The notes beneath the pieces are model-generated. The model was given only the letters and a program-made list of their open reading frames with translations. It did no database searches and was not told the origin of the DNA. A DNA stretch of 50,184 nt, filler included, from Sphacelaria rigidula (lineage: Eukaryota), in the NCBI GenBank assembly GCA_964200075.2. It is 3 parts of 3 records of this genome, joined end to end, with 100 filler letters (N's around TTAATTAATTAA, not from the genome) between each part and the next. Parts side by side here need not be neighbours in the genome. Positions count along the whole stretch, not along the records: positions 16,765 to 33,425 come from CAXNAA020001286.1; 2 more parts are not named here. One strand, 5' to 3'. Positions 20,850-33,525 of this stretch are shown here, piece by piece (within the stretch, counting starts at the first letter, position 1; each line of letters begins with the position of its first letter). A program made the position numbers and the translations under genes.

Positions 20850-23800
20850 TCAAAGCGGGGCATGGACGTCGTGGGTGTGGTCGATGTTGCGCTGGAGACC
20901 GCGGCGAAGTCCTTTGGACTTGAGGCGCTGGAGACACCAGGATCCGCGCGATGCAGATGGGCTGGTGGTGTATAGTGCTGGCCGAAGCCTGAGCTGTATG
21001 GGCCCAGGGTCATCGATGTAGCGCACAATGTATGTGTCGGCCGAAACCAGGCTAGCGGGGTGGGTCTGACCCGACCACCAGAGGTTGTCGCTGCCTTTGG
21101 ACCAAAGGTAGCTGCCCTTGGGCAGGAGTTGCTGGTTCGCGAAGACCTTCGTCTTTCAAGTCTTGGTGTGTACAAGTTCGTAACCATCGGCGACGAAGCG
21201 TAGTCCCTGATTGCGGCGAAGTTCGCGGGCTGCTGCGCCACGGCGCATGTTGCGATATTTCTTGTTGTCAGCAAGATGCTGATCTTGGGATTGCGTCCAG
21301 TAAAGGAGGATTGCACGGCGGTGCAATTACAGGTCGGGTTCGCGTTCCCAAGACGCTCTCCGAAGACCGTGTCAGTGTGTCTTATACATGACAGCGATCT
21401 TGCCTCCTCGACCACGGGTTATCTGGTGGCCGGAAATGGAGGGCACGGTCAATCGAAGGGGCTGTTCCGTCACGTCGTCGATTGTAACGTGGTAGGGCGG
21501 GGACTTGGTCGAGTAGCTGTTGAGAACATACTGTGTGAGTCCGGCAGGCAGGTACTTGGGTATGTCACTTGTGTCATGCGGGTTCGTGCAAGGTTTACAT
21601 CTGTGCACGGAGACGCGGGGCTTGGTGTCCTTGCCCTGGAAGTCGCGAGGCAAGTCGAGATAGAGTAGTTTGTCATCAATGGGTTTTCCATCCGGTGATG
21701 ATGGCGATGGTCCGATTGTCAGGATCTTGAATGGCCCTGTCCAATTGAGGGATAATTTTGTCTTCAAAATCGTTTCGTTGGCTGCCTTGCTGGTGCCTTG
21801 GCGGATGGTCGACAAACTGTTGTAGATCCGGACCCAATCACCAACTTTCCAGTTAGGGCGTTTGTGCATGAGGTTGTAGAGAGCAGTGTTAGATCTCTCT
21901 AGGCGCGAGGCGTTGATAGCGTGTTGTTCGCACACGAGGGTGAACGCTTTGCGTTGTCGTGCATGCGCTCGCTCGTTGTAGGATATCTGATCCTGATCCA
22001 ATCCTTGGTGGCCGTCGAACGTGTGTCGCTCAAACACGGTGATAGGCAGCCGAGGGTAACGTCCAAGATGAAGTTCGTTCGGAGAAAGGCCTGTGGCGGC
22101 ATTAACCGAGTTGTTGTAGGACAACATGATGTACGAGAGATGTAGGTCCCAGTCATTTTGGCAGTCATTGACAACCATAGAGAGCATCTGGGCCATGGTG
22201 TGATTGACTCTTTCGGTAAATCGTTACCGTTCGGGTGGTGGGCGCTCGTGGCAATTTTGCGGATGCCCAGAAGCTTTTAAAGCTCATCAGAGAGGCCTGA
22301 GCAAGATTGCTGACCATTGTTTGAAAGTGGTCGCTTTGGACAACCGTAGTGCTTAATGTAATCGCGGACCAGTATGTCGGTCGTTCCGGCGGCAGTGAAA
22401 TCTGCGGCGGTTACCGCGTACATGGACGCGTGGCGGCTAAAGCGGTCAGCGAAGAGTAAGATGTAGGTGTTGCCGCGACCCGTGGTCGGTAGAGGGCCAA
22501 AGGAGTCGAAGTACACAAGGTGGCCGGGCTCGTCGGGGAGTCCCATAGAGATGACGGGCCAGCGTACTGTCTGTTGTGAAGTTTTTCCGGCTTGGCATTT
22601 AAAGCATCGCCGAATCAAGAAGCGGGTTGAAATTTCCATGCCTACCCATCAGTAGAAGCGTTCCAAGAGCGCGAGGGTGCGGGTGACGCCAAGGTGACAT
22701 TACAAGTCTATGTGGCAGCCTTTCATGACCCGGGGGCGCATTAATAATGGCACGTATGTGCGCATTGGTTCATCATTGAGTAGTCGAGCGGTGCGTCCCG
22801 TAGTCGAGGCGGCAATTGCGCCCATCAAAGGCATGGGCCGACGTACGAGTAGTTGCACACCCTCATCCGTAGTAAAAAGGGTGCCTTGACGCACGAGCTC
22901 GTATACGTCAGAAATAACTGGTGGTGGCCGTGTGCCAACCGGGGCCAGAAGTGTGGACGGAAAAGGGACTGGACAGTCGCGTTGTAAGTACCGGATGGCT
23001 GCGCGACATAGCGGTTCTGCGTTTTGTTCGCGAGCCCAATCGCGGTGGGAGTAGCTGGCGAGAAACTCGCGTTGTTGACCTTCCGCTGGCGAGCCGACCA
23101 AACATGGTAGGGCAGGCGGCAGGGGAATAGGCGACGGGGCAGAAATGCCGACGTCAATATCTGTCCTGGGAGCAGGAGACGAGTCGTCAGTTCCGTGCTC
23201 GGGGGCAAGAGATGTTTGCGGTACCGTTATGGGCGGCGGTGCTGTATCAGTGCGCGGCGAAGATTGTCCGCGGCTCGTGGCGCACTGTGCAGAAGTTTTC
23301 GCGGAGCTTTGCGTGTTGCTCCGTGGAACTTGTGCTGGGTGGCTCATATAGGTTGCAGGTGTTGTTGGTGGCGGCGGGGCACTCGGTGTGGTGCGGGCGG
23401 CAGACCGGGAGCGTGTGTTGTCGGAGATAAGGTGGGTGACTAGAGGTGTCTCCGCGAAGAGTTTCGCGCGAGTACCGAAAGTGCGAAAGTCGACAAAATC
23501 GGAGGTAGTGGGCTTTAACCCAGCCAAGACGGCGTCATATGGTAGAGGGCGAGGTCCTCCCATATGCATACCGGTTTCCGGGCACTGGAGTTCGAGGGCG
23601 TAAACCGGCGTTGAAAACGTCTAATCGCGTGAATTCCGGGTTCATCGGATTCCGTTTAACGGCAAGCCGGGCTGGAATCTGCGGCCGTAGGCGGCAGAGG
23701 TAGACAGGAAAGAAGATCAGCGTTCTCGTTGTTTTTGATTGGACAGTGCTTAATGGTGTACTGGTATTAGTGGTGTACTGGTATGCTGTTAGAAACTCTA

Positions 23801-26205
23801 ACCATCGCTGTACACACAAGGGTTATGTTCGCTGACCTTGGCGAGTTGTGCAAGTGCTCTGTGATCCGTATAGATCTCGAAGGGCACGTGAAACAGATAT
23901 TGTCGAAGGTGCTTAATGGCCCAAGTGATTACTCCGCCTTCCAGTTCTAGCGGGCTCCGATTGGCCTCGTTGGGCAGGGTAGCGCGGCTGATATAAAGGA
24001 TGGGTCGGACGGAGTCATCAACCTGAGGTTGGTTCAAAACTCCTCCAAATCCGTTTGTGCTGGCGTCAGTGTCGAGTTGGAAAAGGCGAGAGCTATCTTG
24101 TACTGCCTCCCAATCAGGAAAGCAAAGTACGGGCTTTTCGGTAAGCGTTTTGAGTAATGCACGGGTGATATTCTCCATTTCGGTTGTGAAAGAAAACACG
24201 GCTGCTTTCTTGAGTAGCTCAGTAAGGGGGCGAATCCGTTTAGATAAATTCGGCAAATTTGCGGTAGTAGGATAGCCCGCCCAACAATGAGCGAAGTTGA
24301 GAAATGTTAGTTGGCCTCGGCAAATCAGTCATCGGCTTGACTTTGTTCGTATCTGGATGCAAGCCTGCCGGCGAAATGGAATGCCCCAAGAAATCCAAGT
24401 CAGTCGCACCAAGGTGAGCTTTGGATGAAGACAGTTTCAAATCGTGCGTGCGTAGGTTAGAGAGAAATTCTGGTAGAGTTGATATATGTGCAATAGGTGA
24501 GACATCGAAAGCGATAGCGTCATCCAGGTACATGATGTGCTCGAGGCCCTCGGTGACGTATTGCATTAAGCGTTGAAAGCATCCCGGGGCAGTGGCGGCG
24601 CCTCGTGGCATTCGAAGCCACTCATAGAGCCCGAACGAGGTACAAAAGGCCGTCAGTGGGACTGTGTCAGGGTGTATAGCATTCTGGAAAAACCCAGAAG
24701 CGAGGTCGAAGGTGCTGAATATTTTGCCTTCGCCTAAGGAGTCGAAAACTTCATCAATGCGGGGAATTGGAAGTTTACCGACTACAGTGACGCGGTTCAA
24801 CCGTTGATAGTTCACGGTTATACGTATGTTTCCATCATTTTGGGGGACGACCACAAAGGGCGAGGCCCAAGGAGATTAGGAATGTTGTTTTAACCCCGCT
24901 CCCAGATACGCCTCCAACATGGTGTTAACGTTTTTGGTAAGATTCGGGTTTGTTCAGTATAGCCGAGAAGAAATCGGCGAGACACCGGGTTGGAGGGTAA
25001 CCTCAAAGGGCAGTGTTTTGCAATGCCCAAGATCCGTCTTGGATCGGGAAAATCGGTCTTGGTACTGTAGCAGAACATCACTGGGTTCTCTGTTGACTGC
25101 CGGTTCCCAGCCGGGCCCATGAAGGTCAAAATTGATGTCGCGCATGTGTGGCGGCCGTTGGTTCCACATGTGCAAGAAGCTGTTCCGAGAATCTGGTGAT
25201 GACCGTTGAAACGCTTCAGCAGGAGGATCGGGATTTGACTGGACATGTTCCACGGTGTGGGCCTGGGGTGGAGTCGCAGAGGCGAGGTCGAAATAGGGTC
25301 CATCGACACAATGGACTGACTCCGCCGGAGATGTGGCGTTTGGCGCGGCAGGCTCTGTGACGCACGTCTAGAGTGGGATGTGCATCAGGGGAGCAGCGGC
25401 GATTCCTAAAACATCGCCGGGTTCCAAGTTAGCATGACCCGTAAGAGGGAGGAGTTGTTGTCCCACCGGCACAAAATGTTCTGTGTCGGCTGGTGCGCCA
25501 ATACGGGGTAACATTTCGGCAAGATAACGGCCCGTAAGTGCTGGCATGCCATTTCGGCGAACTAGTGCAACTTCAAGAAGTTGGGGGTCGTCGGAGAGTG
25601 TTATACCCACGCTACCGTTATATCGTAGATGATAAGCAGCTCCGGTTACTTGAGGGTTCTTCTGATAAGCCAGGGCGCCGTGGAGAGTACCGAAGTGCTC
25701 GAGGTTGAATTCTCCACGCGGCGTGGAATGTGGCGTTAGTGGTGGAAGCGTGCGGTAGGTGCGTTTATTAAACCGCATATAGCTATCTCTGCCCAATAAT
25801 ATGGCGTGATGCATTGTGCTGTCGGGGACAATGTATGCCCAGACTGCCAGGCTGGCAGATCGAGTGGTGTTGTGAAAAACTGTACACTGAGACGTACGGA
25901 TTTACGTGTCGTCAGTGGCGCGGCAGAATCCCCAAAACCGCCCCACACGCAAGGTTTGGTGGGGTTTCGCAAGCTGCAGTAGCAGCGCCAGTCTTTTTCA
26001 TGTGTTTCCACGTTGATTCTCGAATAAATGTTTGCGGGCCGCCGCTGTCCAACAAGGATACGCATTTCGTAGGCGTGATAGCGTTCGGACCGGAATGGAT
26101 CGCAACGTGAGTAGTGAAAGCGGCCTGATCTACAGACACTTTACCGCCGACAAGATCCGGACCGTGTTCCGGCAAGGTAAACTGGTCAGGATCAGCGGGG
26201 CTCAC
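20850..26205 (-). pseudogene. pol: pol: protease, RT, RNase H, integrase, chromodomain and an extra C-terminal domain
   Basis: LLDSGGPQTFI (protease); FDLASGFFQ, WLRMPRG and YLDD (RT); DTDASTNG, LELE and YTDH (RNase H); CFKC, DSFGPLP and DRFSR (integrase); NWTGPF; YKTH*HG...SWEREPDL (chromodomain). Many stops and frameshifts. Confidence 0.93.
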
Positions 26206-27008
26206 CGCAAAAACGCACGGTGGATGATCCGCCGGTGGGTCAGATGTCTCACCAGAGAAGGGGGTGGACGGTATATTATTTCTAGGTGTGACACGGTCAT
26301 TGGTGATTTCGTGAATGATCGTCTTTGGTTGACAGGGAACACCGTCGAAGGGGGATCCAGAATGTGCGGGGCTGGAATCGTCGATTGGAGAAGTAGTGCC
26401 GTCAGAGTTATGTGATTTTGTTTCTTCCGGGATACTTGATAGAGCCGTCGAAGTTAAAGTCGTCGCATTTTGGAGAGATTGAGGTCGAGGATATAAGTCG
26501 AAAGAGGTGTACGTAATGATGCGCGCGCGTCCTTGAGGGCATGCTTACGGGGAACTTCCAAAACATTTGGGGATGAAACCACAACTGCGTCCAGTTGCGT
26601 GGATGCGGTCAGCATCGGGGCATGACGGAGCGAAACTTGTGGGCTGCTTTCCGTAGGCAAGCTTGGCTGTTGGGGCATAGCCGAAGACATGTTGGGGTGG
26701 TTGTAGTAAAACCGGCCGAAGGTAGGTCCGTGCGTGTTGAAAATCGCGGGGAAGGAGCTCGATCCAACTGATCGGGAATTACATGATCCGATGTGGTCAA
26801 GTTCAAATCAGCAACAACACTTGGGTCAGCTGGAAAAGGCTTGCTACTACCTGTGCGTGCGGTCGCTGAGGGAAGCCTCTGCCTCAGGGACTGGCGGTTG
26901 GCTTCCCACACCTCAGACTTATACTCGGCACTGAAGGACCAAGTTCAAAGCCGGGTGTAGATCTGAGTCGCGGGGTGACACAACTGTTACGCGGTGTGTG
27001 GATGAGGG

Positions 27009-27177
27009 AAGACGGGGATCGATATGAACGGCCGTCAGTTGCACTCCTACATAGTGCCAGGAGAGCCGGGCGGACAATCTTAGTCGCAGGCTCTGCGGAC
27101 TGTGTTGAAAATTGTGTGGAGGTTGGAGACGGGGGTCGATATGAACGGCCGTCAGTTACGCTCCTGGATAGTGCCGG
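27009..27177. repeat. ~50-bp direct repeat pair between gag and protease
   Basis: AGACGGGGRTCGATATGAACGGCCGTCAGTT...ATAGTGCC at ~27010 and ~27127. Confidence 0.85.
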
Positions 27178-27285
27178 GGGAGTAGAGTGAGCAATTTTTG
27201 ACACGAACTCCGCGGGCTGTGTTGAGAAAGTCTTCGCTCGTGCTATTGGCGGCGTGGAAGACCGAAGAATGCCGGCGTCCGCACG

Positions 27286-30200
27286 TCATGGGTCTAAGTG
27301 ATCCGTAGTGAAGGTACCAGGGTTTCTGGTGTTGGGATTAGAGCTCTGTGTCGGTCCCGTGTCTCCCAGCGGAACGTTTGTTGTCGCGAGAATTTTGATC
27401 GTTCTGGCGAGGGCTTCCGTGATTGTTGTTTTGTCGGCGACCGCGATTAGAGCTTTTGTGCCACGTTGGTTCGAATTGTTACGGTAATTTCGATTAGGTG
27501 GACGGTAGTCGCGCATGCGCTTTTGCCATCGGCGCCACGCGGGTTCATTGCCCTGCAATTCAGGGTTCATGAGATCAAAGGCATTGATGTATGGACTGTC
27601 GCAGTCGCGCATGCTGTGGCCTTGAACACTACAGTTGATGCAACTGTTGGCATGACTGCTGAAGTCATTGCGTCTAGCGGAAGACGAAAGAAGTGGGTTC
27701 CACAAATGGGGGTTATCGGCTATGAATGTCGTTGTTGAAGTCATATAAACATCATCCCAAATTTCCTCGGGAAACGGTCAACCATCAAAACTTGCGCTAA
27801 ATGCATCTCTGGTACCCTGAACATGGATAAGTGAACCGGCGACCGAGTCGGGGGTCCATGAAGCGCGAGACGAGCTCGAATTCTTGCCGCGAGTCCCTTG
27901 GGCATGAGCGGAGGACACAACCGTAGGTTGTGAACGCACAGACGTAGAAGGTTTGCCACGTATGGCAGGCGTTAGATTACCCTCTTGGTGTACAAAAGCA
28001 GACCACATAGTATCAACGGAGGCGTAAGGCAACTCGCGATGCGCCAAGACACCCGGAAACAACGACGGCATCAGAGCCGGACACTGTTGAGCAACGCTAT
28101 AGCGAACATAAGTCTGACACATTGCGTCGCTCGGTCCGTTCTGGCGTCCGACACCCGTCGTACCCAAAACCAAAAGCTTGAATTCGCGGAGATAATCCGC
28201 GAATGGGGACGTCAGAGGCGACAGCAAAAGAACTCAGCCTCTGGATGGCACTGGCTTGGTCACTTTTATCGAAGAACCGATCAAACGCCTCTCCAATTCA
28301 GAGAGTAATACCGGGCCTGTCTTCCCCTTGGCTCGGCCCGGGTCCATCTTGGCGAGGAAGCCGTCGAGAATCTGCGTTAAAGAAGCAGCGAGGTCGGGAG
28401 AGCGGCGGCTGATCAATCGATGCATTGCTTTGTGCAAGGGAGTCTGTCAGCCCTATACCCAGTCGGAATCTTCGAAACGTTGTGTGCCAGTCACATCCAC
28501 CAAGTGAAGAATGTTACAAACAGTACGGCGGATGGACGTGATAAGGGCAGAAGTAAACTGGCCCGAATCTTCGTTATCCGCAGCAGGCATGGTTTTGATG
28601 TGCCAGAGGTTTTTCACATCCATCTGAATATATTGTCCCTGCATTGTAGCTACTCAGGCAGACTCAGCTCTATCGGAAGCTGCTTTTTTGCTAGCTTCGG
28701 AACGTTCTTTGTTAGCCGCAGCGGTTGCTAAGACGCGGGCTGCAGTAGAAGACAAAGGACGGCCAGGTGTGTCCGTATCGGATAAACCTAAAATGCGAGC
28801 CGAAACATCAGCCAATTTAGGAATCACTTGCTTGGGGGTCGCCGAACCCGAGGGGGGAAGGTCTGTGTCAGACCGGTTCCGGCCAGTTGCGGATGAACCG
28901 GAAGAGTTACCTCCGGGGTTTTTGCGGTGCGGTTTGCGCGGCGGGCGGCTTGGTCCGGAACCGCCCGAACAGGATCCCCCACCGCCATGGCGGCGGTGTG
29001 AATTCCCTCCATCGTTGCCGTCGTCATCGCGCCTGCGATTCTTCTTCTGGCCCCAGCAATTGGATGTTACGGGAGTCCATCCATCTTCATCTTCGTCTCC
29101 GCCGATGGTGGCGCCGGGATGAGTGTTGTAGGCGGCGCGAAGCGCCGCAAAAAGTTGGATGACCGCGGCAACGTAAGTGTGGCGGTCCCGGTGATTGCCA
29201 ATGGTTGTCTGCAGAACCAGTTGGTCCAAGATGAGCACCGGGACGCCTTCTTCGGGGATGAAGCCGTTCTGGTCGACGTAAACCCCCACAGCATAAAACA
29301 TTCACTGTGAGATCAGGGCCCATGCGTCACGGGAGCAATGAAGGTGATTTCGGCGTTCGAAGGGACCGGTATAGGTGGCCACGGGACGAGAAAGCCACGC
29401 TCATTCGTGGGACACCAGTTGCAAGTCTTGTGCAGAAACGGCATTCGCCACCGAGCTAACTCCATGCGGTGGCGGTGTCGGAGGCGTCGTGGGGGCGGCA
29501 GCGGACGACGTCCTGTCGGACTTACGTGGAATGACGTAAGTCGATCTGTTGAGCGTTGGCAGGCGGGCTCTGAGCAAGTGTTTGGCGAAAGGCGGAGAGG
29601 CTTGATGGTCGGATAAGCGCGCCACCGACGAGTCCGCTTCTTGAGCCGTCCGCCGGACATGGTCTTCGAGCTCGCGGACCCGTCTCTGGGCCGCCATGGC
29701 TGCAGTACGGCCCTCCTGCAGCGCTCGTTACGCCGCCGTGCTCGTGGATTGAGCATGGGAGGCCTGCCGATGAAGGTCCTTGAGCTTTTCTACGTGATCC
29801 TCCAGAAGGAGGCGGGCAGTGGCGGCGTCAGCGTCGCGTTGCTGATCAAGGATGTGTTGTGCTAAAGCAGGCGCCTGTGATGCATAGTCATCAATCAGCT
29901 GGAGCTGTTCCGCACGGGGTCAGTTTGTGAACAGCCTTGAAAGTAGGTCAGTCGGGCAGCGCTCGTCGCCGAGCGGAGGGAGAACCTCCACGGATGGGGG
30001 CGGGCGCACGGGGGCAGTGGTAGAAGCACTATCGGCGTCCGTGTCAACGACCGACGGAGCGGCGGCGGTTAAAGGAGCAGCGGCCACGGTAGCAGTACAG
30101 TAGCTACAGTGGTTGCGGCAGTGGTTGCTGCGGGAACGCCAGAGGGCTCAGTGGTGCTCTTGGCGAGAGCGGCAGCGGATCTTGTAGTGTCCATGGTTGA

Positions 30201-31670
30201 TAGTTGTTGCTCGAGTTCTGTCAAGCGTTGTTGAAGAGAACGAATAATCGCAGCATAGGAGCGGGACGGTGGATTGCGGTCAGTGCGGGGTCGTCGGTTT
30301 TGCGATGAGGTGCGGCCGGACCCTTCAATGGAGGAGTCCAGAGCCGGTGACATGTCTGAAAATATGTTTTGGATATCATCAGCATATACAGTGTTATCAT
30401 TGCGTACATGACGGCGGTGTGACAGATGCGGAGCAGGAGAGGTGCGCGAGGGTGCATGATCGGTGTTTTTCGAGCGCGAGTGAACGCGCGAAGAACTTGA
30501 TCTGTGCCGCAAGGCATCCTCGTGAGCACGTTCACGGTTAGCATTCACCGGGCGCTTCTGAGCGCGCGATGGATTTCAACTGTGACGTGAACTACCGTCA
30601 TAAGTGTAACCATAAGTGACGTTCTTCGGGCGTGTAGAAACGCGCGATGAATTCAAGCTTTGCTGGGCGTTGCCTTTAGAACTGCCAGAGTGGGAGACGT
30701 GGTCGTGACCAAGTCTCGGTGTGCGGCGCCGATCAGAAGCGCGAGTAAGACTCTGGTGTGACGTTGAGGAAGGGCTGGACTCATGTTCATTGAATTTGTC
30801 ATGAGTGACGAACGGAGAGCGCGATAACGCCGAAGGGGGCGCCAAACGTACGGGTTTGAGCGTGGCAAGTGCAGAATAATCATTGAATTGCACGTGAGCA
30901 GACGCCGATTGATGTTGGAGCGTGGCGTGGCAAAAAACCGTAAATGCCTCGATGAGAGCTGGCGCTGGCGAGGGCGACGACGCCGATGAGGTACGATGCA
31001 GAGTTTGCATGGTAGTATGCATGCCCGCAACTGCCGGTCCGACATTGGACTGCGCAGTAGGGCGCACGGGACTATCGAGAGTCGTGCGAAGGGGGTCCGT
31101 AACGGAAGCAGCCCGTGTGACCAAGTCCCTTGCTCCAGAAGCGATACGCTTCGTCGGGATAGAATCGTCTCGAGAGTTGTCAGCCGTCAAGCGACGGGGT
31201 GCCACGGTTGAAGCAACCGTTACAGGGCCAAGCTGGACACGTGGATCCAGGGGCAACGGCTCAGCTGGGGGCACAATCCTGACTCCGGATTCAACATTGG
31301 AATTCGGAAGAACAGAACGCAGCGGGGGGGGTGCAACGGAATCCACCGTTATGGGTTCACTTACATGTTCGTCAGGAACCTATGACTCAGCCGGCTGCAC
31401 TACCTTGTTCTCTGAGTCCGAGTCGGAACGTGAGAGAACAGGTCTCCGCGTCAAAGTCTTGTCTTCAAGCCTTGAAGAACGGGCATCGCTCGAAGGTTGG
31501 TCTTCAGATCCCGAAGATCGAACAGCGCTCGCATACGTGCGGCGATGAGTTGAAGGTGACGTGACACTCATCTTAAAAGATTTCGAACCGCCAGTAGTTT
31601 GACTCCAGGTCCGACGAAGCGATTGGTTTCCCGATTGGGGGGAAGAGCCAGCGTTATTTCTGTGCGACAT
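27286..31670 (-). pseudogene. gag: Very long gag-like ORF1 (fragmented) with CCHC zinc knuckle
   Basis: Chain of minus-strand ORFs starting MSHRNNAG (31670); capsid-like PFADYLREFKLL; CINCSVQGHSMRDC fits CX2CX4HX4C (~27600-27645). Confidence 0.75.
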
Positions 31671-33297
31671 GATAGTCGGACGCACTTGTGTGCTTAAATA
31701 GGCAGGGGCAGTGTGTCAGATCTGCGGGCTCTAGGTAAAGGAGCGTGACACCAAGAGATGCTACGTGCAAAGGCCGAAGCTTGTATCCGGAAATACGGGA
31801 GAATGAAGCCTAATAGCGCCTGAGGGGACCGTGGGACCTGATTTACTTGAGTAATATATTCAAGCAAATTGCTTTATGTAACAGCTATGTCCGGGGTCTG
31901 GTTAATACAACTTTATTCAAGTTGTTGCGGTGATAGCTATCAACGGAGCTCGGGATTGCGCACAGAAGAAGTCTTCGAAGAAAAGCGAAGACCGGGTTGT
32001 CTGTAGCAGCGTTGGTACGTGAAAGTTGTACAACTTACACGTGTTCCGGGTGTGGCGTCACGGGCAGACTCTAACTGTATTATCCCGGTACATGCTGAGG
32101 GACGACTGGCGGTGTGCAATGAAGATGTATATATATATATTTCAAATGAACACGAAAATTGTGCAGCGTGAGGCAGCACAAAAGCTTTTACAAACCTTGA
32201 GATGTAGACCGCGAAATCGGACTGCGTAGTGCAGGGCGAAGGCTTGTGACACAACGGAGTTGAGGCAATGTATGTATGTGGAACAAAGGTGACGTGGTGC
32301 ACAACAGGGGCAACGCTGAGAGCGAGTGCCGAAAAATTGTAGTGCATAGGCAAGGGGAACTGTTTTCGAGTGCTGTCTGTTCAAATGAGTACGTAACGTG
32401 GGTTTGAAATGTTTCAACGGGTATTATCGCAACGAAACCGGCTCGGAACAATAAATTTATTCGTTCGAGAGGGGGTCAAAGGAGAAAGAGTTCACAGTTC
32501 GTCGTGCTGTGTATTGTTACTTGCCACGGTGATGTACCGCGTTGCTCTACGGATGTGCGAAGTACAGAAGAGGACAACAACAAAAAAGTAGCTACAAGCA
32601 ACGAAGTTAAAGAGCCGGAACGGGTCCAAATCTCGTGTACAGATGTCCGTGGTCACTTTGTGGGAGCACGGGTTGTACTTGTTCAGTAATTTCGTGAAGG
32701 AAAGAGACAACGGTCGCGTACATTCGAGACTGAAAATAAGAGCAGCAGAGTGCTGACTTGGCAGGAAGCTCAGGTCAGGGACAGCGGCTGACTATGAACA
32801 ACAGTGCGCCTTGTTCACTGGTGTTCTGTACAAACCTGTAGTAGGAGACTTCTCCTGGCAGAAGGGAAGGGGTCAACAAGACCAAATACGCGAGCCAACG
32901 ATGGCGTGGCGCGTGATCGTGCCGGACTGAATCACCAAGGGATTTACGTCGTGCAGTCGGAACTTACACCGTGCGACGTTGTGCGGGTGTATATGTCCAA
33001 AATGACAGCAAGGCGAAAATAGCAAGCGGTGCGCGTTGACCCAACGTAGCACAAGATGTGCAGTCAAGCGCTGCGGCAAGTCGCAAGTAGCAGGGCACGA
33101 ATACTCTTTACCAAGGGACACACAGGGTAGAAGCTTGCAGAAGCTACTGACTATCGAGACGCGATAGGTTCGACTATTTACTGTACCGAAGAAAAAACAC
33201 GAGGAGGCAAAAATGATCACGAAGCTGGGGTCACGCAGCTCGACGGGCAGGGATACAAATCGGTATCAAGAAGGAAACGCAATTGCAAAAGAAGAAG

Positions 33298-33315
33298 CTC
33301 CTCAGTCGAACGCCA
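33298..33315 (-). promoter_or_regulatory. Putative primer-binding site
   Basis: TGGCGTTCGACTGAGGAG begins 1 nt after the LTR-terminal CA and is complementary to a tRNA-like 3' end (...CCUCAGUCGAACGCCA). The tRNA was not identified. Confidence 0.6.
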
Positions 33316-33316
33316 A

Positions 33317-33425
33317 TGTAATGGAAAGCTGTAGTGCTATATTGCAAGGACACAGCTTGCAACCCAGGGCACAAGCTTACGAGGCAAGCGCACAACCGTC
33401 AGGCTGCTACAGCTTGCAGATGCTG
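33317..33425 (-). repeat. Partial 5' LTR
   Basis: 33327-33425 is identical to 19773-19871; the first 10 bp show 3 mismatches. Confidence 0.9.
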
Positions 33426-33525
33426 NNNNNNNNNNNNNNNNNNNNNNNNNNNNNNNNNNNNNNNNNNNNTTAATTAATTAANNNNNNNNNNNNNNNNNNN
33501 NNNNNNNNNNNNNNNNNNNNNNNNN
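33426..33525. other. Artificial contig linker
   Basis: N-run with a central TTAATTAATTAA. Confidence 0.95.

Larger units (their letters stand above)
19763..33425 (-). mobile_element. Large (~14 kb) degenerate Ty3/gypsy LTR retrotransposon; 5' LTR truncated by the contig end
   Basis: The LTR sequence at 19763 recurs at 33317-33425. A PBS-like TGGCG follows the 5' LTR. Domain order on the minus strand is gag(CCHC)-PR-RT-RH-IN-chromodomain. Confidence 0.92.

Noticed and set aside
28688-31548. Long plus-strand ORFs antisense to gag
   Set aside because: These are expected shadows of GC-rich, low-complexity coding sequence on the opposite strand.
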